The position numbers and the translations under genes were made by a program. A stretch of 64,000 nt of DNA from Waterburya sp. (GTDB lineage: Bacteria > Cyanobacteriota > Cyanobacteriia > Cyanobacteriales > Xenococcaceae): assembly GCA_965218345.1 (NCBI GenBank), contig CBDCKS010000002.1, forward strand, positions 1,408,433 to 1,472,432, written 5' to 3'. Shown in pieces: positions 26,881 through 37,042 of this stretch. Position 1 is the first letter of the stretch; every line of letters starts with the position of its first letter. The notes under the pieces are model-generated. The model was not told the origin of the DNA, made no database searches, and saw nothing but the letters and a program-made list of their open reading frames with translations.

Positions 26881-27372
26881 ATGACCTATAAATTGTTATT
26901 TGTTTGCCTGGGTAATATTTGTCGTTCTCCATCAGCAGAAAACATTATGAATCACCTTATAAAAGAAGCTGGGATGTCCGACAAAATTATCTGTGATTCG
27001 GCTGGAACTTCGGGGTATCATATCGGTGCATCTCCAGATCGGCGTATGAACGCTGCTGCTATTACAAAAGGGATTGAGCTACAGGGAAAATCCCGCAAAC
27101 TAAAACCTTCAGACTTGCAGCAGTTTGACCTGATTTTAGCTATGGATCGAGAAAATTACCAGGATATTTTGTATTTAGATCGAGAAGGAAAATATGAATC
27201 CAAAGTGCGCCTGATGTGCGACTTTGCTACTGAGCGAAATGAGCGAGAAATTCCCGATCCCTATTACGGTGGTCAAGATGGTTTTGATTATGTGATTGAA
27301 CTACTATTTGATGCTTGTGCGGGTTTATTAGATTACGTAGTGAATTTGGAAAAACATCAGGCTATGAGTTAG
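26881..27372 (+). CDS. Low-molecular-weight protein-tyrosine phosphatase
   Basis: LFVCLGNICRSP (CX5R-S P-loop) and DPYYG motifs. The start is taken at the ATG at 26881. Confidence 0.9.
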   Translation: MTYKLLFVCLGNICRSPSAENIMNHLIKEAGMSDKIICDSAGTSGYHIGASPDRRMNAAAITKGIELQGKSRKLKPSDLQQFDLILAMDRENYQDILYLDREGKYESKVRLMCDFATERNEREIPDPYYGGQDGFDYVIELLFDACAGLLDYVVNLEKHQAMS

Positions 27373-27423
27373 CTTGATGCCAAATATTTACCGAGCATTA
27401 TTCTTATAGTTAATACAAACAAA

Positions 27424-29130
27424 ATGAATCGATTTAATTTAAAAGTATTAAAGAAATTTTGGTCACTTGCCAAGCTGTATTGGACAGGAAATGAAAAAAA
27501 AGGAGCTTTAACTTTACTAGCTCTGTTATTTGTCTTACTTGTAGCATACACTCAACTCAGTGTTTTGTTAAATCGGCAACAGGGTGATATTATCTCTTCT
27601 CTTTCGGCTAAAGAGGTCGATCGATTCTATAAAACCATTAAAGCTTTTTTTATTATTTTAGTTATCTATGTACCGCTGTTTTCTGGTTTTCGCTACGTTC
27701 AGGGAATATTAGGTAACTTCTGGCGCAGATGGCTGACAAATCATTTCCTTAACCGCTATTTTAGCCAACGCGCCTTTTATAAGTTAGGTAATTTAAACAC
27801 TGATATTGATAACCCCGATCAACGAATTTCCGAAGACATAAAAGGCTTTACCGTCGATTCTCTTAGTTTTCTGCTGTCTTTAGTAAGTTCCCTCTTTCAA
27901 GTAATTGCCTTTAGCTTTGCTTTATGGAAAATTTCCAATACGTTGGTTTATATATTAATTTTATATTCCTTTGTCGGTACGTTAATTGTAGTCGGCGTGT
28001 ACGGTAGAAAACTAGTCAAAATTAACTTTAATCAAATCAAAAAGGAGGCTAATTTTCGCTTTGGATTGGTTAGGATTAGAGAAAACTCTGAATCCATTGC
28101 TTTTTATCAAGGAGAGCCTCAAGAAAATCAAAGTCTTAAACGCAGGTTTAATGAAGCTTTTACAAACTTCAATTTATTAGTCCTCTGGCAACAAGTCTAT
28201 TTAGGTTTATTCACCCATGCCTACGATTTCTTCCCCTATATTTTGCCCGCAATTATTATTGCTCCAAAAGTTTTCTCTGGGGAACTAGAGGTGGGAAAAG
28301 TCACCGAAGCAGCAGGTGCTTTTGCCGTAATATTCCAGTCGCTAAATTTCATTGTCGAGCAATTCCAATCCTTGACCTCTTTTGCTGCCAGTGTTGACCG
28401 TTTGTATGTCTTTGAAAATTATTTAGATCGCCCTCAACTAACTTTAGATAAGAGTGTAATAGATCGCCCTAACATCAGCACAGTTTATCAAAATAGACTG
28501 GCTTTAGAAAACGTAACTCTACAAACCCCCAATTATAAAAGAACTCTAGTTAAGAATTTATCTGTCAATGTACCCAAAGGTGAAGGCTTACTGATCGTCG
28601 GGGCTAGTGGCTGTGGAAAAAGTTCTCTCTTAAGAGCGATCGCTGGCTTGTGGAATTCGGGGAATGGTGCAGTATATCGACCTGAGCTAGCCCAAATGCT
28701 CTTTTTGCCCCAAAAGCCATACATGATCCTAGGCAGTCTTCGTAGTCAACTAAGCTATCCCTACGACGATCTGAAAACTTCAGAGCTAGAACTAAATGCT
28801 GCTCTATCTACCGTCAATTTGCCCGATCTGGCTGAACGTTCTGGTGGTTTTGATGTAGAAAAGGATTGGGATGAGGTTTTGTCTTTAGGAGAACAGCAGA
28901 GACTAGCGTTTGCCAGAATTATAATTCATCAACCCAGTTACGTAATTCTTGACGAAGCTACCAGTGCTTTGGATATCAAAAATGAGGACAGTCTTTATCG
29001 ACATCTGCTCAAAGCCAATGTTACCTTTGTTAGCGTTGGTCATCGCCCTAGTTTGGCACAGTATCACAGTCGCATATTAGAAATGCGAGAAGATGAAAAT
29101 TGGGAACTCAGAGAAGCTGATAATTCTTAA
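27424..29130 (+). CDS. Fused permease/ATPase ABC transporter (ABCD / SbmA-BacA-like half transporter)
   Basis: N-terminal 6-TM domain, Walker A GASGCGKSS, signature LSLGEQQRLAFAR and Walker B ILDEATSALD. Confidence 0.85.
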   Translation: MNRFNLKVLKKFWSLAKLYWTGNEKKGALTLLALLFVLLVAYTQLSVLLNRQQGDIISSLSAKEVDRFYKTIKAFFIILVIYVPLFSGFRYVQGILGNFWRRWLTNHFLNRYFSQRAFYKLGNLNTDIDNPDQRISEDIKGFTVDSLSFLLSLVSSLFQVIAFSFALWKISNTLVYILILYSFVGTLIVVGVYGRKLVKINFNQIKKEANFRFGLVRIRENSESIAFYQGEPQENQSLKRRFNEAFTNFNLLVLWQQVYLGLFTHAYDFFPYILPAIIIAPKVFSGELEVGKVTEAAGAFAVIFQSLNFIVEQFQSLTSFAASVDRLYVFENYLDRPQLTLDKSVIDRPNISTVYQNRLALENVTLQTPNYKRTLVKNLSVNVPKGEGLLIVGASGCGKSSLLRAIAGLWNSGNGAVYRPELAQMLFLPQKPYMILGSLRSQLSYPYDDLKTSELELNAALSTVNLPDLAERSGGFDVEKDWDEVLSLGEQQRLAFARIIIHQPSYVILDEATSALDIKNEDSLYRHLLKANVTFVSVGHRPSLAQYHSRILEMREDENWELREADNS

Positions 29131-29275
29131 GGCGATCGCATTTCTACAGATAATCTGGAGCTTAAAGTTCTCGATCGCCACGAATAAAATAAATCTACTT
29201 AAAAATAATTGTCAACAAGACCAAATCGCGCTATATCTATTTATAGAATGTAAATAGTAATTTCTCTCAATAAAT

Positions 29276-29641
29276 TTGGTCATGACTCACTCTGTAGATA
29301 TTCAATCTTCAAATGCTAAGGCATCTAAAGGATTTCAGGAATTTACCTTTATTGGCGATATATCTTCTAAATCGACTTTAGAGTCAGTAAAACAGCTAGA
29401 TCCCAATTCCGATTGCCATTTTTTGCATCAGATACCTACGGAAAACTCCTGGTTAATTACCAAGCTCTATACTTCAGGCAAAGTCACTCGCCAATTACGA
29501 AATTTACGGTTAAAACCAGGGCAAGTAGTGCAGTTAATCAGCAAAACTAATAATGGTTCAGTAATTCTCAGCTTTGAGGACAAGCTAATTGGTGTTGGCT
29601 CAGAAATTGCTCAAAAAATCATGGTTACTTTTGCCAGCTAA
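29276..29641 (+). CDS. FeoA-domain protein
   Basis: The C-terminal LRNLRLKPGQVVQLISKTNNGSVILSFEDKLIGVGSEIAQKIMV matches the FeoA SH3-like domain pattern. The N-terminal half is unassigned. Confidence 0.55.
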   Translation: MVMTHSVDIQSSNAKASKGFQEFTFIGDISSKSTLESVKQLDPNSDCHFLHQIPTENSWLITKLYTSGKVTRQLRNLRLKPGQVVQLISKTNNGSVILSFEDKLIGVGSEIAQKIMVTFAS

Positions 29642-29650
29642 AGAGGGTTT

Positions 29651-29902
29651 ATGAGAATAACTATTAATATCTTTGAATTATCTTTGGGTTCGGCAGCGAT
29701 CATTATTGGCTATAACAGAGTTTATGGTGGTTATATAGGCAAGTTGATTTCTAAAGGGCTAGTTCCTGATACGGCTTTTGTAGTGTTAGATTTTTCTGTG
29801 GCTCAAGGAGGCGTGCAAATTATGTTGCAAGATAAAATTTTGACTCTATCTAAACCAGAAGCTAACGCTCTTTGTATCGAAACAATGACAGAAAGCGACT
29901 GA
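29651..29902 (+). CDS. FeoA-domain protein
   Basis: LSLGSAAIIIGY...KLISKGLVPDTAFVVL...IMLQDKILTLSKPEANALCIE matches the FeoA pattern. Confidence 0.6.
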   Translation: MRITINIFELSLGSAAIIIGYNRVYGGYIGKLISKGLVPDTAFVVLDFSVAQGGVQIMLQDKILTLSKPEANALCIETMTESD

Positions 29903-29910
29903 AATTCAGC

Positions 29911-30789
29911 TTATTTGCTTGTTTTTCGCGCAAATCTTAACTTAGCCGATCGCGATCGCGGGTTGGCTCGTTGTTCGTCTAGTTGAGCCGTAATTGGCTT
30001 TTTGCTAATAACTTCTAATAGCTCACTGCCTCGAAAGCGATGTTTAACAATACGATCCTCTAGACTATGAAAGCTGATAATGCCAATAATCCCTCCAGGC
30101 TTAAGCCAACCAGGTGCATGATCGATAAATTTTTCTAATGACTTTAGTTCCTGATTAACCTCAATCCGCAGAGCTTGAAAAGTACGGGTAGCAGGATGAA
30201 TTCTGCCATGACGATATTTTCCTGGTACAGTAGAGGCGATCGCCATAGCTAAATCCGTAGTGGTCTGAAAAGGACGTTGCTGCACAATTTTCTTAGCAAT
30301 CCGACGGGAAAATCTTTCCTCTCCATATTCATAAATCAAATCAGCTAAAGAAACCTCTTTCCAGTGGTTAACAATCTCCGCTGCGGTAATACCGTCTGAA
30401 CGATCCATACGCATATCTAAAGGAGCAGCATTACGAAAGCTGAATCCTCGCTCTTGAACGTCTAGCTGGGGAGAACTAACGCCCAAATCGGCAATAATTC
30501 CCTCAAATAACAAATTGCCTGGCTGGTAATCAGCGAAATTCCCCTGCCAAAAATCTAGCTGTTGAGGATAGTAACGTGCTAATCTAACTTTAGTAGCCGC
30601 GATCGCGGTTTCGTCGCGGTCTATTGCCAACAGCTTAATATTTTCTCCGCGATCTAAAATTAGTTCACTGTGTCCGCCACCACCAGCAGTGGCATCTAAG
30701 TAATGACCTTGTGGATTAATGTTTAACCCTGCTATTAATTCCCGACTCAGCACAGAACGATGACTAAAAGTGTTTATCTGTGCTTCCAT
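29911..30789 (-). CDS. rsmH: 16S rRNA (cytosine1402-N4)-methyltransferase
   Basis: [30 protein letters not shown] and [11 protein letters not shown] motifs. Confidence 0.9.
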   Translation of the reverse strand: MEAQINTFSHRSVLSRELIAGLNINPQGHYLDATAGGGGHSELILDRGENIKLLAIDRDETAIAATKVRLARYYPQQLDFWQGNFADYQPGNLLFEGIIADLGVSSPQLDVQERGFSFRNAAPLDMRMDRSDGITAAEIVNHWKEVSLADLIYEYGEERFSRRIAKKIVQQRPFQTTTDLAMAIASTVPGKYRHGRIHPATRTFQALRIEVNQELKSLEKFIDHAPGWLKPGGIIGIISFHSLEDRIVKHRFRGSELLEVISKKPITAQLDEQRANPRSRSAKLRFARKTSK

Positions 30790-30959
30790 TAATTAATCTC
30801 CAAAATAGCCTAATTAAAATTTTATAACTTAAGTCAAGTAAGATATCAACATAATTGAGATTTATAGCTATAATAAATAAAGTAGATATAAAGATTGTCT
30901 TTAAATTCTACTTTATTTAACCATTCACTAAGATAAAGCTAGATTTATCATATTTACAT

Positions 30960-31160
30960 ATGGAAGTTAGCCAACGCCCAGGAAAAGTCGAAGACCCTCC
31001 TGGTCATAGGTGGGCAGGTGTTTTAGGTACTGGAGTTGCGATAGTAACTTTGACTTTACCTATTGTCATGATTGCATCATATTCGCCTTTTAGCAGTAAC
31101 GCACAGCCCGTACCAGAAAAAATTCATCAACAAAAAAATACTATAAACCCAATGGAATAA
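30960..31160 (+). CDS. Small hypothetical membrane protein
   Basis: 66-aa ORF with one hydrophobic segment (GVLGTGVAIVTLTLPIVMIASY). No recognisable family, so coding status is uncertain. Confidence 0.3.
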   Translation: MEVSQRPGKVEDPPGHRWAGVLGTGVAIVTLTLPIVMIASYSPFSSNAQPVPEKIHQQKNTINPME

Positions 31161-31529
31161 AGAGAATTACCGCCACGCTACAGGTTCTTTTTAATAACAG
31201 CGTTGGGCAAAATTTAAGATCGAGGCTTTTTTTGTATAAGCAAACTATACGGTTATCTCTCTTTGCAGGTAGCGACTATTCCTAATGCTAATAATTGACT
31301 ACTCACCTATATAAATGAACGGTGTTCGTGAGTAAAGACTAGCAGGACTAGCAGCTTGAGAAACTGTTTGTAAAAAGAAAATAAAAAAGGCTATTTCGAG
31401 GAAGATATAAGTTGTAAAAAGAAAGAGACAAATTAAAGTAAATAAGTAAATAGTATTAAGAGAAAAGGATAATAATATTACAATAATGGTTGTTGTGAAA
31501 ATTTGAAGATTTTAATTGGCATTAAGCTT

Positions 31530-31871
31530 ATGACAGATACTATTTTCGGTAAAATTATTCGTCGTGAGATTCCTGCCGATATTGTCTATGAAGATGATTT
31601 AGCTTTGGCGTTTAAAGACGTTAATCCTCAAGCACCAACCCATATTTTGGTAATTCCCAAAAAGCCTATCTCCCAACTGTCAGCAGCGAGTCAGGAAGAT
31701 GCAGCATTGATGGGACACTTGTTAATGACGGTTAAAAAAGTTGCTGAACAAGCAAATCTAAGCAATGGCTATCGGGTAGTCATTAATAATGGTGTAGACG
31801 CAGGACAAAGTGTAGATCATCTGCATCTGCATATTTTAGGCGATCGCACTATGAACTGGCCACCGGGATAA
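31530..31871 (+). CDS. HIT-family (histidine triad) nucleotide hydrolase
   Basis: [19 protein letters not shown] and HLHLHIL triad. The start is taken at the ATG at 31530. Confidence 0.9.
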   Translation: MTDTIFGKIIRREIPADIVYEDDLALAFKDVNPQAPTHILVIPKKPISQLSAASQEDAALMGHLLMTVKKVAEQANLSNGYRVVINNGVDAGQSVDHLHLHILGDRTMNWPPG

Positions 31872-31930
31872 ATTATAAGGGATGAGGGGATCGGAAATAA
31901 TTTACTACCTACGTAGTTCCTTATTTTTCA

Positions 31931-32488
31931 TCAAGGCGTTGGAGGTGTGGGGGGATTGGAAAAAGGATCGACGCTGCCTGGTAATCCTGGTAAGGCGGGA
32001 TTGACTCCTGGAGTAGATGGAACAATTTGGGCATCTGAGCCTTCAGGTAGAGTTGCTAAAGCAACGCGATCGCCTCCTACTTCACGGAGTATATCTAATA
32101 CTTCTACTACCTCTCTATAGGTTGAATTTTTAGCTGCATAAAGAGTCATCAAGCCATCAGGATTAGCCTGATTATATTTTTTGATTTCCCAGGCTAAATC
32201 ACTACGACTCACGAGGTCTTTATCGACATATAGCTGACCAAGATCATCAATGGTCACAATTAAAATATTTTGTAGCTGAGGCGCACCTGTTTTGGCTTTG
32301 GGTAAATCTAAGCTGATTGCCTGTTGACGGGAAAAGCTGACCGCTGCCAAGATAAAAAAGGTTAAAATGCAGAATATAACGTCAATCAACGGCAGAATTT
32401 GAATATTTGCGTCACTAGCTTCACTATCGTCTTCCCAGAGCTTAAAAGGTTGTAAAGGCTTTGGCTGATAGTTTCTTTTACGACTCAT
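31931..32488 (-). CDS. exbD: ExbD/TolR-family biopolymer transport protein with Pro-rich C-terminal tail
   Basis: ILPLIDVIFCILTFFILAA TM plus an ExbD periplasmic domain. It is downstream of exbB. Confidence 0.8.
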   Translation of the reverse strand: MSRKRNYQPKPLQPFKLWEDDSEASDANIQILPLIDVIFCILTFFILAAVSFSRQQAISLDLPKAKTGAPQLQNILIVTIDDLGQLYVDKDLVSRSDLAWEIKKYNQANPDGLMTLYAAKNSTYREVVEVLDILREVGGDRVALATLPEGSDAQIVPSTPGVNPALPGLPGSVDPFSNPPTPPTP

Positions 32489-32507
32489 AAAAATATAATT
32501 ACTGATA

Positions 32508-32546
32508 ATTGTTCATTGTTCATTGGTCATTGGTCATTGGTCATTG
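32508..32546. repeat. Heptanucleotide tandem repeat (ATTGTTC)2(ATTGGTC)3ATTG, STRR2-like (TTGGTCA)
   Basis: Direct reading. The repeat spans the exbB stop codon (tca at 32534-32536 on the + strand) and most of the exbB-exbD spacer. Confidence 0.95.
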
Positions 32547-33244
32547 ATTCTGGGTGGTTTAATATTAACAAAAGAATATCCTTCATTATCTACCACAATA
32601 TTTTTAGGTTCATCATCGTCTTCCTGCATCCAGCGATCGCGATACATTACTTCCAAACGACTACCAGTACGGCGCAATACTCTAATTTGATTTGACCAAA
32701 AAGCCTGAAACAAACGATAAAAACTCAAGCTAATGATGGCGATCATAAGTCCCACAGCAGTAGAAATCAAAGATTCACCAATACCTAAAGTTACTCCAGA
32801 TGTATCGGCTGTGCCTAAATCGCTAATTTTAATCGAACTCAATGCTTGAATTAGACCCCAAACCGTACCAAATAAGCCAAGTAGAGGCGAAAGAGCAATA
32901 ATTGCTTCTAAGACCTTGTCTCCTTTGCGCATCCGCGCTAGCTGTTCTTCTGCTGCCGATTCCAGGGCAATATGAAACATATCAGGGTCAGGATTAGATA
33001 ATCTGAAAGGAGAATAAACAAAATTTCCTAAAGGATGGTTAATATGTTCCTGAGCAATTTTGCCGACAAGATCCCAATTGCGATCGGCAGCTTCCATCAG
33101 GCGATTAAATATTTTTTTCTCTTTAAAAACTACCCTAGACCAAAACCAAAGTCGCTCTAGAATTGTCGCAATAGATAGCACTGACAACAAAAGTAAGGGA
33201 TACATGGATGGACCACCCTTATCAATAATCTCTAGAAAGTTCAC
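32534..33244 (-). CDS. exbB: MotA/TolQ/ExbB proton-channel protein
   Basis: Three TM segments with [15 protein letters not shown] and [12 protein letters not shown] motifs. Confidence 0.85.
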   Translation of the reverse strand: MNFLEIIDKGGPSMYPLLLLSVLSIATILERLWFWSRVVFKEKKIFNRLMEAADRNWDLVGKIAQEHINHPLGNFVYSPFRLSNPDPDMFHIALESAAEEQLARMRKGDKVLEAIIALSPLLGLFGTVWGLIQALSSIKISDLGTADTSGVTLGIGESLISTAVGLMIAIISLSFYRLFQAFWSNQIRVLRRTGSRLEVMYRDRWMQEDDDEPKNIVVDNEGYSFVNIKPPRINDQ

Positions 33245-33505
33245 GGTAGCTAATTACCTCCAATAGAATTTTTAATTAAAATTAACTTACAAACAGCTTC
33301 GGTTATTTTGGTTTCAATATATAGATATAGATAACACAGGTTCGAGCAAAATCTAAGTTAATGAAATTTTTTTAACACGGGTTTGAATCAATGTCCAAAA
33401 TTAGCGAGTTAGCCGAAGTTAAACAATTGGATATTTACCCTCTAAAAAGGAATCGCACTTGTCGCGACAGACATCTATCCCGACACACACATTGTGGTTG
33501 AGACA

Positions 33506-33540
33506 CTTTTCTTGATAATCTAGCTTTTCTTGATAATCTA
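33506..33540 (+). repeat. Tandem direct repeat 2 x 17 nt (CTTTTCTTGATAATCTA) immediately upstream of the usp start codon
   Basis: Copies at 33506-33522 and 33524-33540, with the ATG at 33547. Confidence 0.9.
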
Positions 33541-33546
33541 ATCTAT

Positions 33547-34407
33547 ATGAAAAAAATTCTTTTATGCACCGATGGTTCTGCATATTCTCAAGTAAGCTAT
33601 GAATATGCAGCATGGCTGGCACAACGCAAGCCATTTGCTATTGAAATCCTTTATGTAACCGATCGCCGTGGAGAACAAGCAACCCAGGCTGCTGATTTCT
33701 CTGGCAGTATTGGTGTTGATTCCTATCAGCAGCTTTTGAGTGAGTTGGTAGAGTTAGAATCAGCTAGAGCTAAGGTTAACCATCAAAGAGCGAAAATTAT
33801 CCTCGAAGAAGCCAAACAATTTTTTAGCGATCGCCATATTGATGAGGTTAAACTGACTCACGAAACAGGTTTTTTGGTTGATTTGTTTCATAAGCTAGAA
33901 ACTAATAGTGATTTGATTATCTTAGGCAAGCGGGGAGAAAACGCCAACTTTGCCACCGAACACCTAGGCGCAAACATGGAACGCATTGTGCGCGCCAGCC
34001 GTAAACCCTGCTTAGTTACTCCTAGAGAATTTAGACCAATTAAGCGCATTTTATTGGCTTATGATGGCGGTCAAAGCTGTCAAAAAGCTGTTGATTATTT
34101 GGCTAAAATGTCTGAGTTTAGCGACTTAGAATTACATATAATTTGTGTGACTAAGCGCGACGAACAAACCGCCAGCAAACACTTATTAACCGCCTCAGAA
34201 ATAGTAAAGACAGGCGGATTTAATCCTATATGTGAAGTGCTACAAGGCAACCCAGAACCAGAAATGGAAAAGTATGTCGCCGAGAAAAATATTGATTTTC
34301 TTTTAATGGGTGCTTATGGTCATAGTCGTATTCGTCATTTGGTTATTGGCAGCACTACGGCTCAAATGCTTCGCAGTTCCCATATACCTGTTGTTCTATT
34401 TAGATAA
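33547..34407 (+). CDS. Tandem universal stress protein (two UspA domains)
   Basis: Two repeats each end in a G-x2-G-x9-G(S/T)-like motif (ILGKRGEN..., LMGAYGHSRIRHLVIGSTT). Confidence 0.85.
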   Translation: MKKILLCTDGSAYSQVSYEYAAWLAQRKPFAIEILYVTDRRGEQATQAADFSGSIGVDSYQQLLSELVELESARAKVNHQRAKIILEEAKQFFSDRHIDEVKLTHETGFLVDLFHKLETNSDLIILGKRGENANFATEHLGANMERIVRASRKPCLVTPREFRPIKRILLAYDGGQSCQKAVDYLAKMSEFSDLELHIICVTKRDEQTASKHLLTASEIVKTGGFNPICEVLQGNPEPEMEKYVAEKNIDFLLMGAYGHSRIRHLVIGSTTAQMLRSSHIPVVLFR

Positions 34408-34576
34408 TTTAATTTTTTACAAAAATCTAACCCTGCTTGATGCTCTAAAAATATATCTGAGTGAGTAGTGTAAAATCGCCTTGACAAGAGAAAATAAGAT
34501 TAAGCTAACGACTTTGGCAGCCTAACTCAGCAAAATTAAGAGTAGATTTAAGTATAAATATAAACACCATAACTGT

Positions 34577-35749
34577 ATGCAGATTTATTTAGACAACAGC
34601 GCGACAACAAAACCGCGTCCAGAAGCGATCGCCCTGGCACAAACCATATTGCAGCAGCAATGGGGTAATCCTTCTAGTCTGCATAATTGGGGACAAAGAG
34701 CCGCCACAGTTATCGAAACAGCTAGATCACAAGTAGCTAGCTTACTTAATGCTTGCAATCTAGAATCGATTGTTTTTACTTCTGGAGGAACAGAAGCAGA
34801 TAATTTAGCTATCTTAGGGGTTGCTAGGCAATATTCTACTCCCCAGCATCTAATAATTTCTAGCGTTGAGCATTCAGCAATTAACGAACCTGCCAAGCTT
34901 CTAGAGAAATGGGGTTGGCAGATAACAAGATTACCCGTTAACCAATATGGTAGAGTCAATCCCCTAGATTTACAGGCTTCTCTGCAAAAAAATACAGTTT
35001 TAGTCTCAATTATCTATGGACAAAGTGAAGTTGGTACGCTGCAACCGATAGAACGATTAGCCAAAATAACGAGAGAACACGGCAGCTTGTTTCATACTGA
35101 TGCAGTGCAGGTTGCAGGGCGTTTACCAATTGACGTAGATCGCTTAGGAGTAGATTTATTATCTCTTTCCTCTCATAAAATCTATGGTATTCAGGGTGCA
35201 GGGGCGTTATATATTCGTCCTGGTATTCAGCTTGTACCTTTATTGGGTGGCGGGGGACAAGAAAAGAATATTCGTTCGGGAACTCAGGCTTTACCAGCGA
35301 TCGCCGCTTTAGGAATTGCAGCAGAATTAGCAGCAGCAGAAATGTCCGTAGAAATTTCTTGTTTGCAGAGATTACGCGATCATCTATTTGACTTATTGGC
35401 TGACTATCCTTGCCTAGAAACTACAGGGGATAGACTATACAGGCTACCTCACCATGTCAGCTTGATTTTAAGCGATCGCTTTGCTGCCCAAGCCAAAGAC
35501 GTGACGGGAAAAACAATTGTGCGTCAGCTAAACATGGCAGGAATTGGGATTAGTGCAGGTTCTGCTTGTCATAGTGGCAAACTTAATCCTAGTCCCATTT
35601 TATTGGCAATGGGTTACGATGCTGCTGCTGCCAAAAGAGGCATCCGTTTAACCTTGGGCAAAGATACCACTGAGGCTGATATCGACTGGACAGCAATGGT
35701 TTTAAAACAAGTTATTTGCCGTCTGATGCCGCCTTTAGTGTGCTGCTAA
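34577..35749 (+). CDS. Cysteine desulfurase (NifS/IscS class V aminotransferase)
   Basis: IYLDNSATT, the SSHKIYG PLP-lysine motif and the SAGSACHSG active-site Cys loop. Confidence 0.9.
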   Translation: MQIYLDNSATTKPRPEAIALAQTILQQQWGNPSSLHNWGQRAATVIETARSQVASLLNACNLESIVFTSGGTEADNLAILGVARQYSTPQHLIISSVEHSAINEPAKLLEKWGWQITRLPVNQYGRVNPLDLQASLQKNTVLVSIIYGQSEVGTLQPIERLAKITREHGSLFHTDAVQVAGRLPIDVDRLGVDLLSLSSHKIYGIQGAGALYIRPGIQLVPLLGGGGQEKNIRSGTQALPAIAALGIAAELAAAEMSVEISCLQRLRDHLFDLLADYPCLETTGDRLYRLPHHVSLILSDRFAAQAKDVTGKTIVRQLNMAGIGISAGSACHSGKLNPSPILLAMGYDAAAAKRGIRLTLGKDTTEADIDWTAMVLKQVICRLMPPLVCC

Positions 35750-35813
35750 TATTACGTATAATTTAGGTGCGATCGCCTTACGCTCAAATTCCATTTGACT
35801 GAGAAACAACGCT

Positions 35814-36377
35814 ATGGTTACAACTCCCTCTAAACTCATTACTTTAGAAGAGTTTTTGGCATTACCAGAAACTAAACCTGCAAGAGAATATATCGACGGC
35901 AAAATTATTCAAAAATCAATGCCTAAGGGAAAACATAGTACAATCCAAGGAGAATTAATTATTGCTCTCAATAGCATACTTAAACCTCAAAAGATTGCTA
36001 GAGCCTTTCCCGAGTTAAGATGTACTTTCGGTGAACGTTCTACTGTACCAGACGTAACTGTATTTACTTGGAATAGAATTCCTCGCGATGATAATGGTGA
36101 AATAAGCGATTCTTTTTTAGCTGCGCCAGATTGGACAATCGAAATTTTATCTCCTGGTCAAAGTCATACAAAAGTAATCAAAAATATTCTTCATTGTCTA
36201 GATAACGGTACACAATTAGGTTGGTTAATCGATCCTGACGAGCAGTTAATCTTAGTCTATTTTCCCCAGCAGAAGCCCGCATTTTTTGAAGCAGCAACAG
36301 ACATTTTACCCGTACCAGATTTTGCCGAAGCTTTTGAGCTAACTTTAGGAGAATTATTTGGCTGGCTAATGGAATAG
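35814..36377 (+). CDS. Uma2-family (DUF820) PD-(D/E)xK endonuclease
   Basis: Typical cyanobacterial Uma2 pattern: LEEFLALPETKPAREYIDGKII..., PDVTVF, PDWTIEILSPG. Confidence 0.85.
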   Translation: MVTTPSKLITLEEFLALPETKPAREYIDGKIIQKSMPKGKHSTIQGELIIALNSILKPQKIARAFPELRCTFGERSTVPDVTVFTWNRIPRDDNGEISDSFLAAPDWTIEILSPGQSHTKVIKNILHCLDNGTQLGWLIDPDEQLILVYFPQQKPAFFEAATDILPVPDFAEAFELTLGELFGWLME

Positions 36378-36426
36378 GGTACAAATATTTTGCCAACTAG
36401 ATTTTATGCCAAAGCTGTTAAAGTGA

Positions 36427-36906
36427 TTAACAATGCTGATTTAATAAAGATGTAACTAAGTCAAAACCATTAGACTGAGTTTGAACTGCATAAGCTTCTT
36501 TTTCTACTGCCTGACTATAAGTATCAACGTATCTTTTAAAAAAAGGTTGAGCTTGTTTGATAGGTTCAATATCCAAGCCAATAGGTTGTATGTTGCCATT
36601 TCCCGCGCAAAATTGTGCAGCATGAGTAGCTTCGTGAATCAAAACAGGGTTGCTAATGCCTAAGTCAAAGACAATTGGGTTGATCCAAATAGATTTATTA
36701 GCAGCATTTAAGACACCATAAGGTTTTCTCAGTTGTCGCCTCTGAAAGTCTATTTGCTGATTGGGTAGCCTGAAACTGGGAGGAATAGCTAGATTAACTT
36801 TGAATCCATAGCTTTCTAACTGGGTCTTTAGCTGGGTAAATTGATGATCGGGTTTGGGTAACTGGGCAATGAGAATTGTAGAACTAAGTAATATAGATTC
36901 AAGCAT
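36427..36906 (-). CDS. Hypothetical protein with HExxH metalloprotease-like motif
   Basis: 159-aa ORF. LIHEATHAAQF contains HEATH. No other family recognised. Confidence 0.45.
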   Translation of the reverse strand: MLESILLSSTILIAQLPKPDHQFTQLKTQLESYGFKVNLAIPPSFRLPNQQIDFQRRQLRKPYGVLNAANKSIWINPIVFDLGISNPVLIHEATHAAQFCAGNGNIQPIGLDIEPIKQAQPFFKRYVDTYSQAVEKEAYAVQTQSNGFDLVTSLLNQHC

Positions 36907-37042
36907 TAATAATTATAATCTACGTCTAGTGTGTGAATTAAAAATTCCTTTAAAACTAGCTTAAGATTTAGAAAAGCAGAACTGGCGTTGGTCAATACAA
37001 AAAATCGAGGTTATCTTTTGTAAAAAACAATTAATTTAACCG

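Noticed and set aside
33419-33634. 71-aa minus-strand ORF overlapping the usp start
   Set aside because: It is generated by the 17-nt tandem duplication (giving LDYQEKLDYQEK) and overlaps the well-supported usp gene start.
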